A stretch of DNA of 64,000 nt from Burkholderiales bacterium (GTDB taxonomy: Bacteria > Pseudomonadota > Gammaproteobacteria > Burkholderiales > SG8-39). A model generated the notes under the pieces. That model was not told the origin of the DNA, made no database searches, and saw nothing but the letters and a program-made list of their open reading frames with translations. Below, one piece after another: positions 31,332 to 40,701 of this stretch. The stretch's first letter is position 1, and each line of letters opens with the position of its first letter. The position numbers were made by a program, and so were the translations under genes. The DNA is taken from positions 22,910 to 86,909 of the forward strand of contig JBFFEY010000001.1 in the NCBI GenBank assembly GCA_041558415.1, in the 5' to 3' direction.

Positions 31332-31742
31332 ATGATCGAATTTGCGCGTGACAACATCCTGTTGATCGCGGTCGCGGTCGTCTCGGGCGTGATGCTGATC
31401 CTGCCGTCGCTGCGCCGCGGCGCCGGCGGCCAGTCGCTCGATACGCTGCAGGCGACGCAACGCATTAATCGCGAGGATGCGATGGTGATCGATGTGCGCG
31501 ATGCGGCCGAGGCCGCCCAGGGCAAGATTCTCGGTGCCCGGTCCGTGCCGTTCGCGCAGCTTACCGAGCGCGCGCCGGAGCTGCGCAAGAACAAGGAAAA
31601 ACCGATCATCGTGTACTGCGCGCGAGGCAACCAATCGCAGCAGGCCGCGGCGATCCTGCGCAAGCATGGCTATGCGAACGTGTTCAATCTGGCGGGCGGT
31701 TTTGCGGCCTGGCAGCAGGCCGGCCTGCCGGTCGAGAAATGA
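31332..31742 (+). CDS. membrane-anchored rhodanese-domain sulfurtransferase
   Basis: N-terminal TM ILLIAVAVVSGVMLIL. Rhodanese active-site loop VYCARGNQS. Confidence 0.88.
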   Translation: MIEFARDNILLIAVAVVSGVMLILPSLRRGAGGQSLDTLQATQRINREDAMVIDVRDAAEAAQGKILGARSVPFAQLTERAPELRKNKEKPIIVYCARGNQSQQAAAILRKHGYANVFNLAGGFAAWQQAGLPVEK

Positions 31743-31743
31743 C

Positions 31744-32001
31744 ATGGCGCGGGTGCTGATGTATTGCACTGGCAGCTGTCCCTACTGCCATCAGGCGGAA
31801 CGGCTGCTTGAGAAAAAGGGCGTACGCGGGATCGAAAAGATTCGCGTCGATCTTGAGCCCGCACGGCGCGCCGAGATGATGCAGCGCGCCGGACGGCGCA
31901 CCGTGCCGCAGATCTGGATCGGCGCGCGCCATGTCGGCGGCTGCGACGACCTTTACGAGCTGGAAGCCGACGGCGCGCTGGACGCGTTACTGGCGGCGTG
32001 A
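31744..32001 (+). CDS. grxC: glutaredoxin 3
   Basis: ATG 31744, 1 nt after the rhodanese stop. CPYC active site, with TVPQIWI and GGCDDL motifs. Confidence 0.93.
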   Translation: MARVLMYCTGSCPYCHQAERLLEKKGVRGIEKIRVDLEPARRAEMMQRAGRRTVPQIWIGARHVGGCDDLYELEADGALDALLAA

Positions 32002-32068
32002 GCACGCGCGGGCCACGCGGCGGCCCCGTGTCGAACACTATTGAGAACCCCGTGCGAGGAGCATCACG

Positions 32069-32524
32069 ATGAGCAACGGCGAAGCCACCTTTCAAATCGA
32101 AAAGATCTACGTCAAGGATCTTTCGCTCGAACTGCCGAACGCCCCCCAGGTATTCCTGCAGGCTGAGCAGCCGCAGCTGGAAGTGCAGATTGCCAACGAC
32201 GCCTCGAGGATCAGTGAGGGCATTTTCGAGGTCACGGTGGGCGTCACGGTGACGGCGCGTGCCGGCGAGCGCACGGTGTTCCTAGTCGAGGCGGTACAGG
32301 CCGGGCTTTTTCAGATCGTCGGCGTGCCCGACGCGGAGATGGGCCCGCTGCTCGGCATCGGCTGCCCGACGATCATCTATCCTTACGCACGCGAAACGGT
32401 CTCGGACATGGTCACGCGGGCCGGCTTCCCGCCCGTGGTGCTGGCGCCGGTGTCGTTCGAAGCGATCTACGCACAGCGCACGCAGGAAGGCGGCGGCGAC
32501 TCGCGCATCGAGGTCGCGAGCTAG
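32069..32524 (+). CDS. secB: protein-export chaperone SecB
   Basis: FQIEKIYVKDLSLE..., CPTIIYPYARE and VLAPVSFEAIY are typical of SecB. Confidence 0.95.
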   Translation: MSNGEATFQIEKIYVKDLSLELPNAPQVFLQAEQPQLEVQIANDASRISEGIFEVTVGVTVTARAGERTVFLVEAVQAGLFQIVGVPDAEMGPLLGIGCPTIIYPYARETVSDMVTRAGFPPVVLAPVSFEAIYAQRTQEGGGDSRIEVAS

Positions 32525-32528
32525 CGCC

Positions 32529-32963
32529 ATGCGCACGCTGCTGCTCCTGCTCGGCCTGATCGGCGCACCGCTCGCCGCCGCGGCCGATTTCCGCACCGTC
32601 GCCGAGGATGCCGTGGTGCTGTACGACGCGCCCTCGCGCGCGGCCACGCCGATGTGGGTCGTCTCGCGCGACTACCCGCTCGAAGTGATCGTCAATCTCG
32701 AGGCCTGGGTCAAGGTGCGTGATCACACGGGCGCGCTCAGCTGGGTGGAAAAGCGCCAGTTGTCGGACAAGCGCACCGTGCTGGTCACTCCGCCCTCGGT
32801 CGAGGTGCGCAGCCGGCCGGACGCGGGGGCGCCGCTCGCCTTCGTCGCCGCGCAGAACGTCGCGCTCGAGCTGCTTGGCAGCGCGCCCGGCGGCTGGCTA
32901 CGCGTGCGCCACGCCGACGGCGCAAACGGCTACCTGCGCGCGACTCAGGTCTGGGGGGGCTGA
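32529..32963 (+). CDS. secreted protein with tandem bacterial SH3-like repeats
   Basis: Signal peptide MRTLLLLLGLIGAPLAAAA. Two SH3_3-like units (VVLYDAPS...WVKVRDHTGALSWV and VEVRSRPDAG...WLRVRHADGANGYL). Confidence 0.65.
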   Translation: MRTLLLLLGLIGAPLAAAADFRTVAEDAVVLYDAPSRAATPMWVVSRDYPLEVIVNLEAWVKVRDHTGALSWVEKRQLSDKRTVLVTPPSVEVRSRPDAGAPLAFVAAQNVALELLGSAPGGWLRVRHADGANGYLRATQVWGG

Positions 32964-32975
32964 TCCGCCGCCGCG

Positions 32976-33992
32976 ATGGCCGAGGCGGGCAAGCGGGTCG
33001 CGGTGCTCGGTGCGGGCGCCTGGGGGACGGGCCTCGCCTGCGCCCTCGCGGCGCGTCACCCCGTGGTCCTGTGGGCGCGCGATGCTGCACAGGCGGAAAC
33101 GATGGCCGCCGCGCGGCGCAACGTGCGCTATCTGCCGGAGATCGCGTTTCCACCGCGCCTCGAAGTCAGCGGTGACCTTGCCGCCGCAGCGAGGGGCGCG
33201 GATCTGCTGCTGCTGGCCACGCCGGTGGCGGGTTTGCGTGAACTGCTGACGCGGCTGGCGGGACTGCAGCGCGCGGCAATGCCGGGACTGGTGTGGCTGT
33301 GCAAGGGCTTCGAGCAGGACAGCGGACAGCTGCCGCACCAAATCGTCGAGGCGGCGATCGGTGCGGGCGCGCGTTGCGGCGCCCTGTCGGGACCGTCGTT
33401 TGCGCTCGAGGTGGCGCGCGGGCTGCCCTGTGCGCTCACGCTCGCCGCGCGCGACGCCGAATTCGCACGCCAGGCGGCGGCGCGCGTGCACGGCGGCCGC
33501 ATCCGCGTCTATTTCAGCGATGACTTGATCGGCGTCGAGCTTGGCGGCGCGTTGAAGAACGTCATCGCGATTGCGGTCGGCCTGTGCGACGGCCTGGCCC
33601 TCGGCCAGAACGCCCGCGCGGCGCTCATTACGCGCGGCCTGGCAGAGATCACCCGCCTCGGGATCGCGCTTGGCGGGCGGGCGGAGACGTTTCAGGGCCT
33701 CGCCGGCGCCGGCGATCTGATCCTGACCGCGACCGGCGACCTGTCGCGCAACCGCCGCGTCGGGCTTGAGCTGGCGCGCGGAAAGACACTCGATACCGTC
33801 CTGCAGGGGCTGGGCCACGTCGCCGAGGGCGTGCGTAGCGCGCGCGAGGCCTCGCGCCTCGCGGCGCGCGCCGGCGTCGACATGCCGATTACCGCGGCAG
33901 TGCTCGACGTGCTGGAGGGGCGGCTGGATCCCGGGGGCGCGGTCGAGCGTCTGATGGCCCGCGACGCGCGCGGCGAAGGCTTCGAGCGGTAG
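32976..33992 (+). CDS. gpsA: NAD(P)H-dependent glycerol-3-phosphate dehydrogenase
   Basis: [26 protein letters not shown] and NRRVG motifs. Confidence 0.95.
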   Translation: MAEAGKRVAVLGAGAWGTGLACALAARHPVVLWARDAAQAETMAAARRNVRYLPEIAFPPRLEVSGDLAAAARGADLLLLATPVAGLRELLTRLAGLQRAAMPGLVWLCKGFEQDSGQLPHQIVEAAIGAGARCGALSGPSFALEVARGLPCALTLAARDAEFARQAAARVHGGRIRVYFSDDLIGVELGGALKNVIAIAVGLCDGLALGQNARAALITRGLAEITRLGIALGGRAETFQGLAGAGDLILTATGDLSRNRRVGLELARGKTLDTVLQGLGHVAEGVRSAREASRLAARAGVDMPITAAVLDVLEGRLDPGGAVERLMARDARGEGFER

Positions 33993-33995
33993 GCG

Positions 33996-34466
33996 TCAGG
34001 CGTCCACGGCGCCGGAAAAGCCGAGCTGGCGCCAGGCCTCGAAGACGACCACCGCGACCGCGTTCGACAGATTCACGCTGCGGTTCGCCGCGCGCATCGG
34101 CAGCCGCAGCCTTCGCGCGACATCGAACTCGGCGAGGATCGGGTCCGGCAGCCCGCGTGTTTCCGGCCCGAACACAAAGACGTCGCCGACGGCGTAGGCC
34201 GCATCGCTATAGCGCCGCGTGCCGCGCGTCGTCAGGGCGAACAGTCGTCGGCCGGCGAGCGCGTCGCGACACGCGGCCCAGGAGACGTGGCGCCGCAACT
34301 CGGCGAGATCATGGTAGTCGAGCCCCGCACGCTTGAGCTGCCGGTCCTCGAAGGAGAAGCCGAGCGGCTCGACCAGATGCAGGCGGGTGCCGGTGTTCGC
34401 AGCAAGTCGAATGACGTTGCCCGTGTTGGGCGGAATCTCCGGATTGACAAGGACGATGTCGAACAT
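33996..34466 (-). CDS. trmL: tRNA (cytidine/uridine(34)-2'-O)-methyltransferase TrmL (SpoU family)
   Basis: MFDIVLVNPEIPPNTGNVIRL..., and a C-terminal SLNLSNAVA-like motif RSVNLSNAVAVVVFEA. Confidence 0.92.
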   Translation of the reverse strand: MFDIVLVNPEIPPNTGNVIRLAANTGTRLHLVEPLGFSFEDRQLKRAGLDYHDLAELRRHVSWAACRDALAGRRLFALTTRGTRRYSDAAYAVGDVFVFGPETRGLPDPILAEFDVARRLRLPMRAANRSVNLSNAVAVVVFEAWRQLGFSGAVDA

Positions 34467-34468
34467 GA

Positions 34469-35200
34469 TCAGGCATCCGTCGGCGGCAGCGTGCGAGCGA
34501 CGACCCAGTTGACGACGCGCCCGGCCCCCGCCTCTTTGAGCGCGGCGGCCACCGCATCGAGCGTCGCGCCCGTGGTCATGACGTCGTCGACCACTGCCAC
34601 GCTCTGCCCCTCTAGGCGGCGCGCACAGCGAAACGCGTCGCGCACGTTTCGCGCACGCGCGGTCCAGGGCAGCTCGCTCTGCGCCGGCGTGTCGCGCACG
34701 CGCGCACAGAGCCCGGGTTCGAGCCGTGTCGTGGCGGACAGGCTGCGGGCGATCTCCATGGCCTGGTTATAACCGCGCATGCGCAGTCGCTGAGCCGACA
34801 GCGGTACCGGTAGCGCAATGTCGATCTCGGCGTCGGTCGGCAGCGCAGCCGCAAGCAGCCGGCCAAGCAGCGGGGCGAGCGCGAGCTCGCCGCGGTACTT
34901 GAGGGATTGGACGAGGACGTCGGCCGGAAAAGCGTAGGTCAGCGCGGCGACGGTGGCGTCGAACCGCGGTGGATGGGAAAGGCAGCGCCCGCACAACACG
35001 CCGTCCGGGCTCGGTACCGCGCAGCGCGGGCAGCATGGCGCGGGCAGCCGTGGCAGGTCGGCGAGACAGGGCGGGCACAGCACCTCGCCGCGCGGCGACG
35101 CGCCGCGACACAAAAAGCAGCGTCCACCGAAAAGCATCGAGGTAAATCTTCGAACGGGGTTGGCGAGCATCGGCGAGACAGGGACCCGCGAATGGTGCAC
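34469..35200 (-). CDS. ComF-family phosphoribosyltransferase-domain protein
   Basis: N-terminal double CxxC zinc-ribbon (CPPC...CPRC...CGRC), and PRT motif VAVVDDVMTTGATL. The start is uncertain, with in-frame ATGs also at about 35170 and 35137. Confidence 0.85.
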   Translation of the reverse strand: MHHSRVPVSPMLANPVRRFTSMLFGGRCFLCRGASPRGEVLCPPCLADLPRLPAPCCPRCAVPSPDGVLCGRCLSHPPRFDATVAALTYAFPADVLVQSLKYRGELALAPLLGRLLAAALPTDAEIDIALPVPLSAQRLRMRGYNQAMEIARSLSATTRLEPGLCARVRDTPAQSELPWTARARNVRDAFRCARRLEGQSVAVVDDVMTTGATLDAVAAALKEAGAGRVVNWVVARTLPPTDA

Positions 35201-35248
35201 GATTATGCGTCACCACCGAACGCCGATCGCAGGAAAGGAAGCCACAGG

Positions 35249-36595
35249 ATGTGGACTGTTGCCCAGCTGAGCGCCGACCTGGCCGCCGGCAGGACGTCGA
35301 GCCGCGCCTTGCTCGAAGAGGCGCTGGCGCGCATTGCCGATCCGGCGGGCGAGGGCGCACGCGCCTTCCTCAAGGTGTATGGCGAAGCGGCGCGCGCGGA
35401 GGCGGAATGCTCCGACCGCCTGCGCGCCGCGGGTGTGGTGCGCTCACCCATCGACGGCCTCCCGGTTTCGGTCAAGGATCTGTTCGACGTATGCGGCGAC
35501 GTGACGCGCGCAGGCTCCAAGATCCTCGACGGTGCGGCGCCCGCGCGCGCCGACGCGCCGGTTGTTGCGCGCCTGCGGGCGGCCGGCGCGGTCATCGTCG
35601 GGCGCACCAACATGGTGGAGTTCGCGTTTGGGCCGCTCGGCTTTAACCCGCACTACGGTACGCCGCGTAATCCCTGGGACCGCGGTACGGGGCGCGTGCC
35701 GGGCGGATCCTCTTCCGGTGCCGCGGTCGCGCAGGCTGACGGCATGTGCGTGATGGCGCTTGGCAGCGATACGCGGGGCTCGGTGCGCGTGCCGGCGGCG
35801 CTGTGCGGCCTGGCCGGCTTCAAGCCGACGGCGCGGCGCATCCCGCGCGAGGGTGTGTTTCCGCTTTCCTTCACGCTCGACTCGATCGGGCCTCTGGCGA
35901 ACAGCATTGCCTGCTGTGCGGTCTACGACGCGATTCTCGCGGGCGGGCCGCCCGCGCCCCCGATTGCGCTGCCGGCCAAGGGCCTGCGTCTGCTCCTGCC
36001 GCGCTCGAGCGCACTCGACGATCTCGACACAAAGGTCGCTGCGGATTTCGAGGCGGCACTCAAGCGCCTGTCGGCGGCTGGCGTGGTGCTGAACGAGGTG
36101 CCGGTGCCGGCCTTCGATCGACAGGACCAGTATTTCAAGGGCGGGGGGTTCGCCGGCGCAGAATCGTATGCGATTCACCGCTCGCGCCTCGACCGCATCG
36201 ACGAGTTCGATCCGCGCGTCGGCAAGCGCATTCTGCTTTTCAAGGACTACTCGGCGGGCGACTACGTCGAGCTCGGCCTGCTGCGCGAGGCCTTCATGCG
36301 CGAGGTGGGCGCCCTGGCCGCGCCCTATGACGCGATGCTCATGCCGACAGTGCCCAGCATTGCGCCGACCCTCGAGGAGGCCGGGGCGCGCGACGAGGAC
36401 TATTTCCGTTGGATCCTGCGCGTCATGCGCAATGTCGGCCTCATCAACTTCCTCGACGGCTGCGCTGCGACGCTGCCCTGTCATGCGCCGGGCACTGCGC
36501 CGGTCGGACTGATGGTAGCGGGCAGCGCGCTCGCCGACCGGCACGTTCTGGCTGTCGCGGCGAGCCTTGAGCGCGTGCTCGCACGGGGTGGCTGA
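35249..36595 (+). CDS. amidase-signature (AS) family hydrolase
   Basis: ATG 35249 (MWTVAQLSADL...). Catalytic Lys context PVSVKDLF. AS signature GGSSSGAAVAQADGMCVMALGSDTRGSVRVPAALCG. The track ORF 34907.. is an upstream extension. Confidence 0.88.
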   Translation: MWTVAQLSADLAAGRTSSRALLEEALARIADPAGEGARAFLKVYGEAARAEAECSDRLRAAGVVRSPIDGLPVSVKDLFDVCGDVTRAGSKILDGAAPARADAPVVARLRAAGAVIVGRTNMVEFAFGPLGFNPHYGTPRNPWDRGTGRVPGGSSSGAAVAQADGMCVMALGSDTRGSVRVPAALCGLAGFKPTARRIPREGVFPLSFTLDSIGPLANSIACCAVYDAILAGGPPAPPIALPAKGLRLLLPRSSALDDLDTKVAADFEAALKRLSAAGVVLNEVPVPAFDRQDQYFKGGGFAGAESYAIHRSRLDRIDEFDPRVGKRILLFKDYSAGDYVELGLLREAFMREVGALAAPYDAMLMPTVPSIAPTLEEAGARDEDYFRWILRVMRNVGLINFLDGCAATLPCHAPGTAPVGLMVAGSALADRHVLAVAASLERVLARGG

Positions 36596-37463
36596 GCCAG
36601 CGCCGAGCCTCGATCCGGCGCAGGTGCGCCGGCGCTTCGCGCGCGCGGCACGAAGCTACGCCGCCGCCTCGCCGCTGGAGGCCGAGATCGGCGCGCGCAT
36701 GCTCGAGCGGCTAGCCTACGTGCGCGCCGCGCCGCGGCGCATTCTCGATGCGGGCGCCGGGCCGGCGCGCGAAGCGCCGGCGCTGCTGCGCCACTACGCG
36801 GGCGCCACGCTCGTCACGCTCGACGCATCCGTCGCACTGCTGCAGGCCGGCCGCCGGCGTCGCGGCTGGCGCGGCTGGCTGCTGCGCATGCCGCGCGCCC
36901 TGCCGCTGGTTGCCGATTTTGCGCGCATGCCGCTCGCGGACGGCTGCGTCGATCTGCTGTGGTCGAACATGGCGCTGCACTGGGCGCAAGCCCCGGACGC
37001 GGTACTGCGCGAGTTCGCGCGGGTGCTCGCGCCGAGCGGGCTGCTGATGTTCAGCACGCTCGGGCCCGATACTTTGAAGGAGCTGCGTGAGGCCGCGGGC
37101 GCCGCGCAGGTGCACGCGTTCATCGACATGCATGACCTGGGTGACGCGCTGGTCGCCGCGGGGTTCGCCGCCCCGGTCATGGACGCCGAGTTCGTCACGT
37201 TGACGTACCCGGATCCCGACGGACTGTTCGCCGATCTGCGCCGCAGCGGCCAGACCTCGGCACGCGCCGACCGCCCACGCGGACTGCGCGGGCGGCATTT
37301 CCTCGAGAGGACGCGCACCGCGCTCGTCGCGCAGGCGCGCGGCGGGCGCATCCCGCTGACCTACGAGGTGGTGTACGGCCACGCGTGGAAGGGCGAGAAA
37401 CGGCACCCCGCAGACGGGCGTGCGGTGATCCGCACCGACCAGCTGCGCCATAAAAACCGCTGA
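36588..37463 (+). CDS. bioC: malonyl-ACP O-methyltransferase BioC-like methyltransferase
   Basis: Start taken at GTG 36588, overlapping the amidase stop (GTGGCTGA); TTG 36567 is the alternative. RRFARAARSYAAAS, ILDAGAGP, DLLWSNMALHWA, and C-terminal LTYEVVYGHAWK resemble BioC. Confidence 0.72.
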   Translation: MAEPAPSLDPAQVRRRFARAARSYAAASPLEAEIGARMLERLAYVRAAPRRILDAGAGPAREAPALLRHYAGATLVTLDASVALLQAGRRRRGWRGWLLRMPRALPLVADFARMPLADGCVDLLWSNMALHWAQAPDAVLREFARVLAPSGLLMFSTLGPDTLKELREAAGAAQVHAFIDMHDLGDALVAAGFAAPVMDAEFVTLTYPDPDGLFADLRRSGQTSARADRPRGLRGRHFLERTRTALVAQARGGRIPLTYEVVYGHAWKGEKRHPADGRAVIRTDQLRHKNR

Positions 37464-37532
37464 GGTGCGTATCGCAAACGCGGGGGACGGTTATCAGCGG
37501 CGCTCGTTGTCGAGTTTCTTGAGGCAGGGGGG

Positions 37533-37560
37533 TTGACTGTGGTAACTTCGCGGCCCTAAT
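37533..37560 (+). promoter_or_regulatory. candidate sigma70 promoter of the oxidase cluster (TTGACT-N16-CCTAAT)
   Basis: Read from the sequence in the 137-nt intergenic region upstream of the DUF2244 gene. Confidence 0.4.
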
Positions 37561-37600
37561 GGCGCGGCCCGCGGCCGCCCGCTGTGGAGCGTGAAATTTA

Positions 37601-38077
37601 ATGCAAAGTCCGCAGCGCGAACGGGCGTTTCTGGGTTCCTCGCACGAATTCAGTCTGCTCCTCAAGCGCAACTGCTCGATCTCGCCGAAAGGCATGATCC
37701 TGGTGTTTGCGGGGTTGTCGTTCGCGACGCTCGGCATTGCCACCGGCTTCGCGCTTGCGGGTGCCTGGCTGGTGCTGCCGTTCGCCGGACTGGAGGTCGC
37801 GGCGCTGGTAATCGCCTTCCTGATGACGGCCCGCCACGCCTCGGATTACGAGCGCATCGAGGTTGCCCCTGGATCGCTGCGGGTGGAGGTTGCCGAGGGG
37901 CGCTTGCTGCGGCGGCGTGAACTAAAGCGCGGTGCGCTGAGGGTGGTTTACGCGCCCGAGCGAGCGCGGATTGTCGTGAGCGGTGCGGACGTGGACGAGA
38001 TCGAACTCGGCCGCCACCTCGATGCGCAGGCGCGCGTCGCGCTGGCGGACAAGCTGGAAAAGACATTTAGCCTCTGA
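37601..38077 (+). CDS. DUF2244-family membrane protein associated with cytochrome oxidase clusters
   Basis: Two adjacent TM helices (ILVFAGLSFATLGIATGFALAGAWLVLPFAGLEVAALVIAF). Sits directly upstream of coxB. Confidence 0.75.
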   Translation: MQSPQRERAFLGSSHEFSLLLKRNCSISPKGMILVFAGLSFATLGIATGFALAGAWLVLPFAGLEVAALVIAFLMTARHASDYERIEVAPGSLRVEVAEGRLLRRRELKRGALRVVYAPERARIVVSGADVDEIELGRHLDAQARVALADKLEKTFSL

Positions 38078-38094
38078 TGCGGGAGACAGTAACA

Positions 38095-38952
38095 ATGGCA
38101 AGCAACTGGGTGCGCAATCTCGCGGTGTGCGCGGCGGGCGTGGCAGGGCTGACGGCAGCCGGTCTCGCGCTCGCGGCGCCGTGGAACCTGCAGGCGCCGG
38201 CGACGCCAATCGCGGCAGACATCCACGGCCTGCACGAGTACGTGATGATCCTCGTGACGGTGATCTTCGTTGGCGTTTTCGGCGCGATGTTCTATGCGGT
38301 TTACGCGCACCGTAAGGACAAGGGGCACAAGGCGGCACAGTTCCACGAGAGCACGACGGTCGAGATCCTGTGGACGGTGATCCCGCTCATCATCCTGGTC
38401 ATCATCGCCTGGCCGGCGACCAAGGTCGTCATCGCGCAGAAGGACACCTCGCAGCCGGATCTCACGATCAAGGTCACGGGCTACCAGTGGAAGTGGGGCT
38501 ACGACTACGTGAAGGGCGAGGGCGAGGGCATTCGCTTCGTTTCCACGCTGGCGACGCCGCGCGACCAGATCGAGGGACGCGCGCCGAAGGGCGAGAACTA
38601 CCTGCTCGAGGTCGACAACGAGATGGTGGTGCCGGTCAAAAAGAAGGTGCGCGTCCTCACGACCGCCGCCGACGTGATCCACGCCTGGTGGATCCCTGCC
38701 TTCGGCGCCAAGCAGGACGCGATTCCGGGGTTTATCCGCGACATTCACTTCACCGCGAAGCAGACCGGCGTGTTCCGCGGGCAGTGCACCGAGCTGTGCG
38801 GCAAGGACCATGGCTACATGCCGATCGTCGTGCGCGTCGTGAGCGCCGAGGAGTACACGAAGTGGGTCGGTGAGCAAAAGGCGAAGGCCACCGCGGCAGC
38901 CGAAGCGCCGAAGAAGATTGCGGCGGCGGCGGCCGAGACGCCGCGGCAGTAA
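38095..38952 (+). CDS. coxB: cytochrome c oxidase subunit II (aa3-type)
   Basis: ATG 38095 is preceded by GGGAGA; ATG 38077, overlapping the upstream stop, is the alternative. CuA site HAWWIPAFGAKQDAIPG...CTELCGKDHGYM. No CxxCH motif, so there is no fused cytochrome c domain. Confidence 0.95.
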   Translation: MASNWVRNLAVCAAGVAGLTAAGLALAAPWNLQAPATPIAADIHGLHEYVMILVTVIFVGVFGAMFYAVYAHRKDKGHKAAQFHESTTVEILWTVIPLIILVIIAWPATKVVIAQKDTSQPDLTIKVTGYQWKWGYDYVKGEGEGIRFVSTLATPRDQIEGRAPKGENYLLEVDNEMVVPVKKKVRVLTTAADVIHAWWIPAFGAKQDAIPGFIRDIHFTAKQTGVFRGQCTELCGKDHGYMPIVVRVVSAEEYTKWVGEQKAKATAAAEAPKKIAAAAAETPRQ

Positions 38953-38982
38953 GCACCGAATTCAGCGTTTAGGAGATCGAGA

Positions 38983-40581
38983 ATGAGCGCAGTTGTGGAT
39001 AGCCACGGTCACGGGCACGAGCACCACCACGACCATCACGGCGGATACAGCGGCATCATGCGCTGGATCACAACGACCAACCACAAGGACATCGGCACGC
39101 TGTACCTGTGGTTCAGCTTCATCATGTTTATGGTCGGCGGCGCGATGGCGATGGTGATCCGCCTCGAGCTTTTTTCGCCGGGGCTGCAATGGGTCGATCC
39201 GGACTTCTTCAACCAGATGACCACCATGCACGGCCTAATCATGGTTTTCGGCGCGATCATGCCCGCATTTGTCGGCTTCGCGAACTGGCTGATCCCGATG
39301 CAAATCGGCGCGCCCGACATGGCGTTCGCGCGCATGAACAACTGGTCGTTCTGGATCCTGCCCTTCGCCGCGTCGCTGCTGGTGATCTCGTTCTTCATGC
39401 CGGGCGGTGCGCCGGGCGTGGGCTGGACGCTGTACGCGCCGCTCACGGTGCAGATGGGCGTCGGCATGGACCTGACGATCTTCGCCGTGCACCTGCTCGG
39501 AATGAGCTCGATCATGGGGTCGATCAACATCATCACCACGATCCTCAACCTGCGCGCGCCGGGCATGACGCTGATGCGCATGCCGCTGTTCTGCTGGACA
39601 TGGCTGATCACCGCCTACCTGCTGGTCGCGGCGATGCCGGTGCTCGCCGGCGCGGTGACGATGACGCTCACTGACCGCCACTTCGGCACGACCTTTTTCA
39701 ACGCCGCGGGCGGCGGCGACCCGGTGCTCTACCAGCACATCTTCTGGTTCTTTGGCCACCCCGAGGTGTACATCATCGCGCTGCCGGCCTTCGGCGTAAT
39801 CTCGCAGGTGATCCCGGCGTTCTCGCGCAAGCCCCTGTTCGGCTACGCGTCGATGGTGTACGCGACGTCGGCGATCGCGATCCTGTCGTTCATCGTCTGG
39901 GCGCACCACATGTACACGGTCGGCATGCCGATCACCGGGCAGCTGTTCTTCATGTACGCGACCACGCTTATCGCGGTGCCCACAGGCGTCAAGGTGTTCA
40001 ACTGGGTCGCGACGATGTGGAAAGGGGCGCTCTCGTTCGAGACGCCAATGCTGTTCGCGATTGGCTTCGTGTTCCTGTTCACGCTGGGCGGGATGACAGG
40101 GCTCGTGCTCTCGCTCGTCGCGATCGACATCCAGCTGCACGACACCTACTACGTGGTCGCGCACTTCCACTACGTGATGGCGATCGGCGCGGTGTTCGCC
40201 GGGTTTGCCGGCGTCTACTTCTGGCTGCCGAAGTGGATCGGGCGCATGTACGACGAGACGCTCGGCAAGTGGCACTTCTGGCTGTCGACGATCTTCATCA
40301 ACGTGACCTTCTTCGTGCAGCACTTCTCCGGCCTGGCCGGCATGCCGCGCCGCATCCCGGACTATCCGCTGATGTTCGAGACCTGGAACAAGATCAGCTC
40401 GATCGGCGCCTTTGGCTTCGGTCTGTCGCAACTGCTGTTCCTGTACATCGTACTGAAGGCCATCCGCAGTGGCGAGAAGGCGAAGGACAAGCAATGGGAG
40501 GGGGCCGACTCGCTTGAGTGGACGCACCTGCCGACGCCGGTACCGTACCACTCGTTTGAAACCCAGCCGGTGCTGAAGTAG
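38983..40581 (+). CDS. ctaD: cytochrome c oxidase subunit I
   Basis: 532 aa with 12 TM helices. [17 protein letters not shown] and VAHFHYV motifs. Confidence 0.98.
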   Translation: MSAVVDSHGHGHEHHHDHHGGYSGIMRWITTTNHKDIGTLYLWFSFIMFMVGGAMAMVIRLELFSPGLQWVDPDFFNQMTTMHGLIMVFGAIMPAFVGFANWLIPMQIGAPDMAFARMNNWSFWILPFAASLLVISFFMPGGAPGVGWTLYAPLTVQMGVGMDLTIFAVHLLGMSSIMGSINIITTILNLRAPGMTLMRMPLFCWTWLITAYLLVAAMPVLAGAVTMTLTDRHFGTTFFNAAGGGDPVLYQHIFWFFGHPEVYIIALPAFGVISQVIPAFSRKPLFGYASMVYATSAIAILSFIVWAHHMYTVGMPITGQLFFMYATTLIAVPTGVKVFNWVATMWKGALSFETPMLFAIGFVFLFTLGGMTGLVLSLVAIDIQLHDTYYVVAHFHYVMAIGAVFAGFAGVYFWLPKWIGRMYDETLGKWHFWLSTIFINVTFFVQHFSGLAGMPRRIPDYPLMFETWNKISSIGAFGFGLSQLLFLYIVLKAIRSGEKAKDKQWEGADSLEWTHLPTPVPYHSFETQPVLK

Positions 40582-40589
40582 GCGGCAGG

Positions 40590-40688
40590 GTGAGCCGCAA
40601 TCTGAAAACCGCGCTGGCGCTGGCGACGATCTCGCTGATTTCGTTCATCGGGATCATTGTCAAGTTCTGGATCCTCCGCGGCAGCTGA
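40590..40688 (+). CDS. 32-aa single-TM micro-protein (cytochrome oxidase small assembly protein-like)
   Basis: Not in the ORF track because it is too short. GTG 40590, product VSRNLKTALALATISLISFIGIIVKFWILRGS. It occupies the position between ctaD and ctaG that similar small genes hold in other betaproteobacterial clusters. Confidence 0.6.
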   Translation: MSRNLKTALALATISLISFIGIIVKFWILRGS

Positions 40689-40701
40689 TCCGCGGCACGT
40701 C

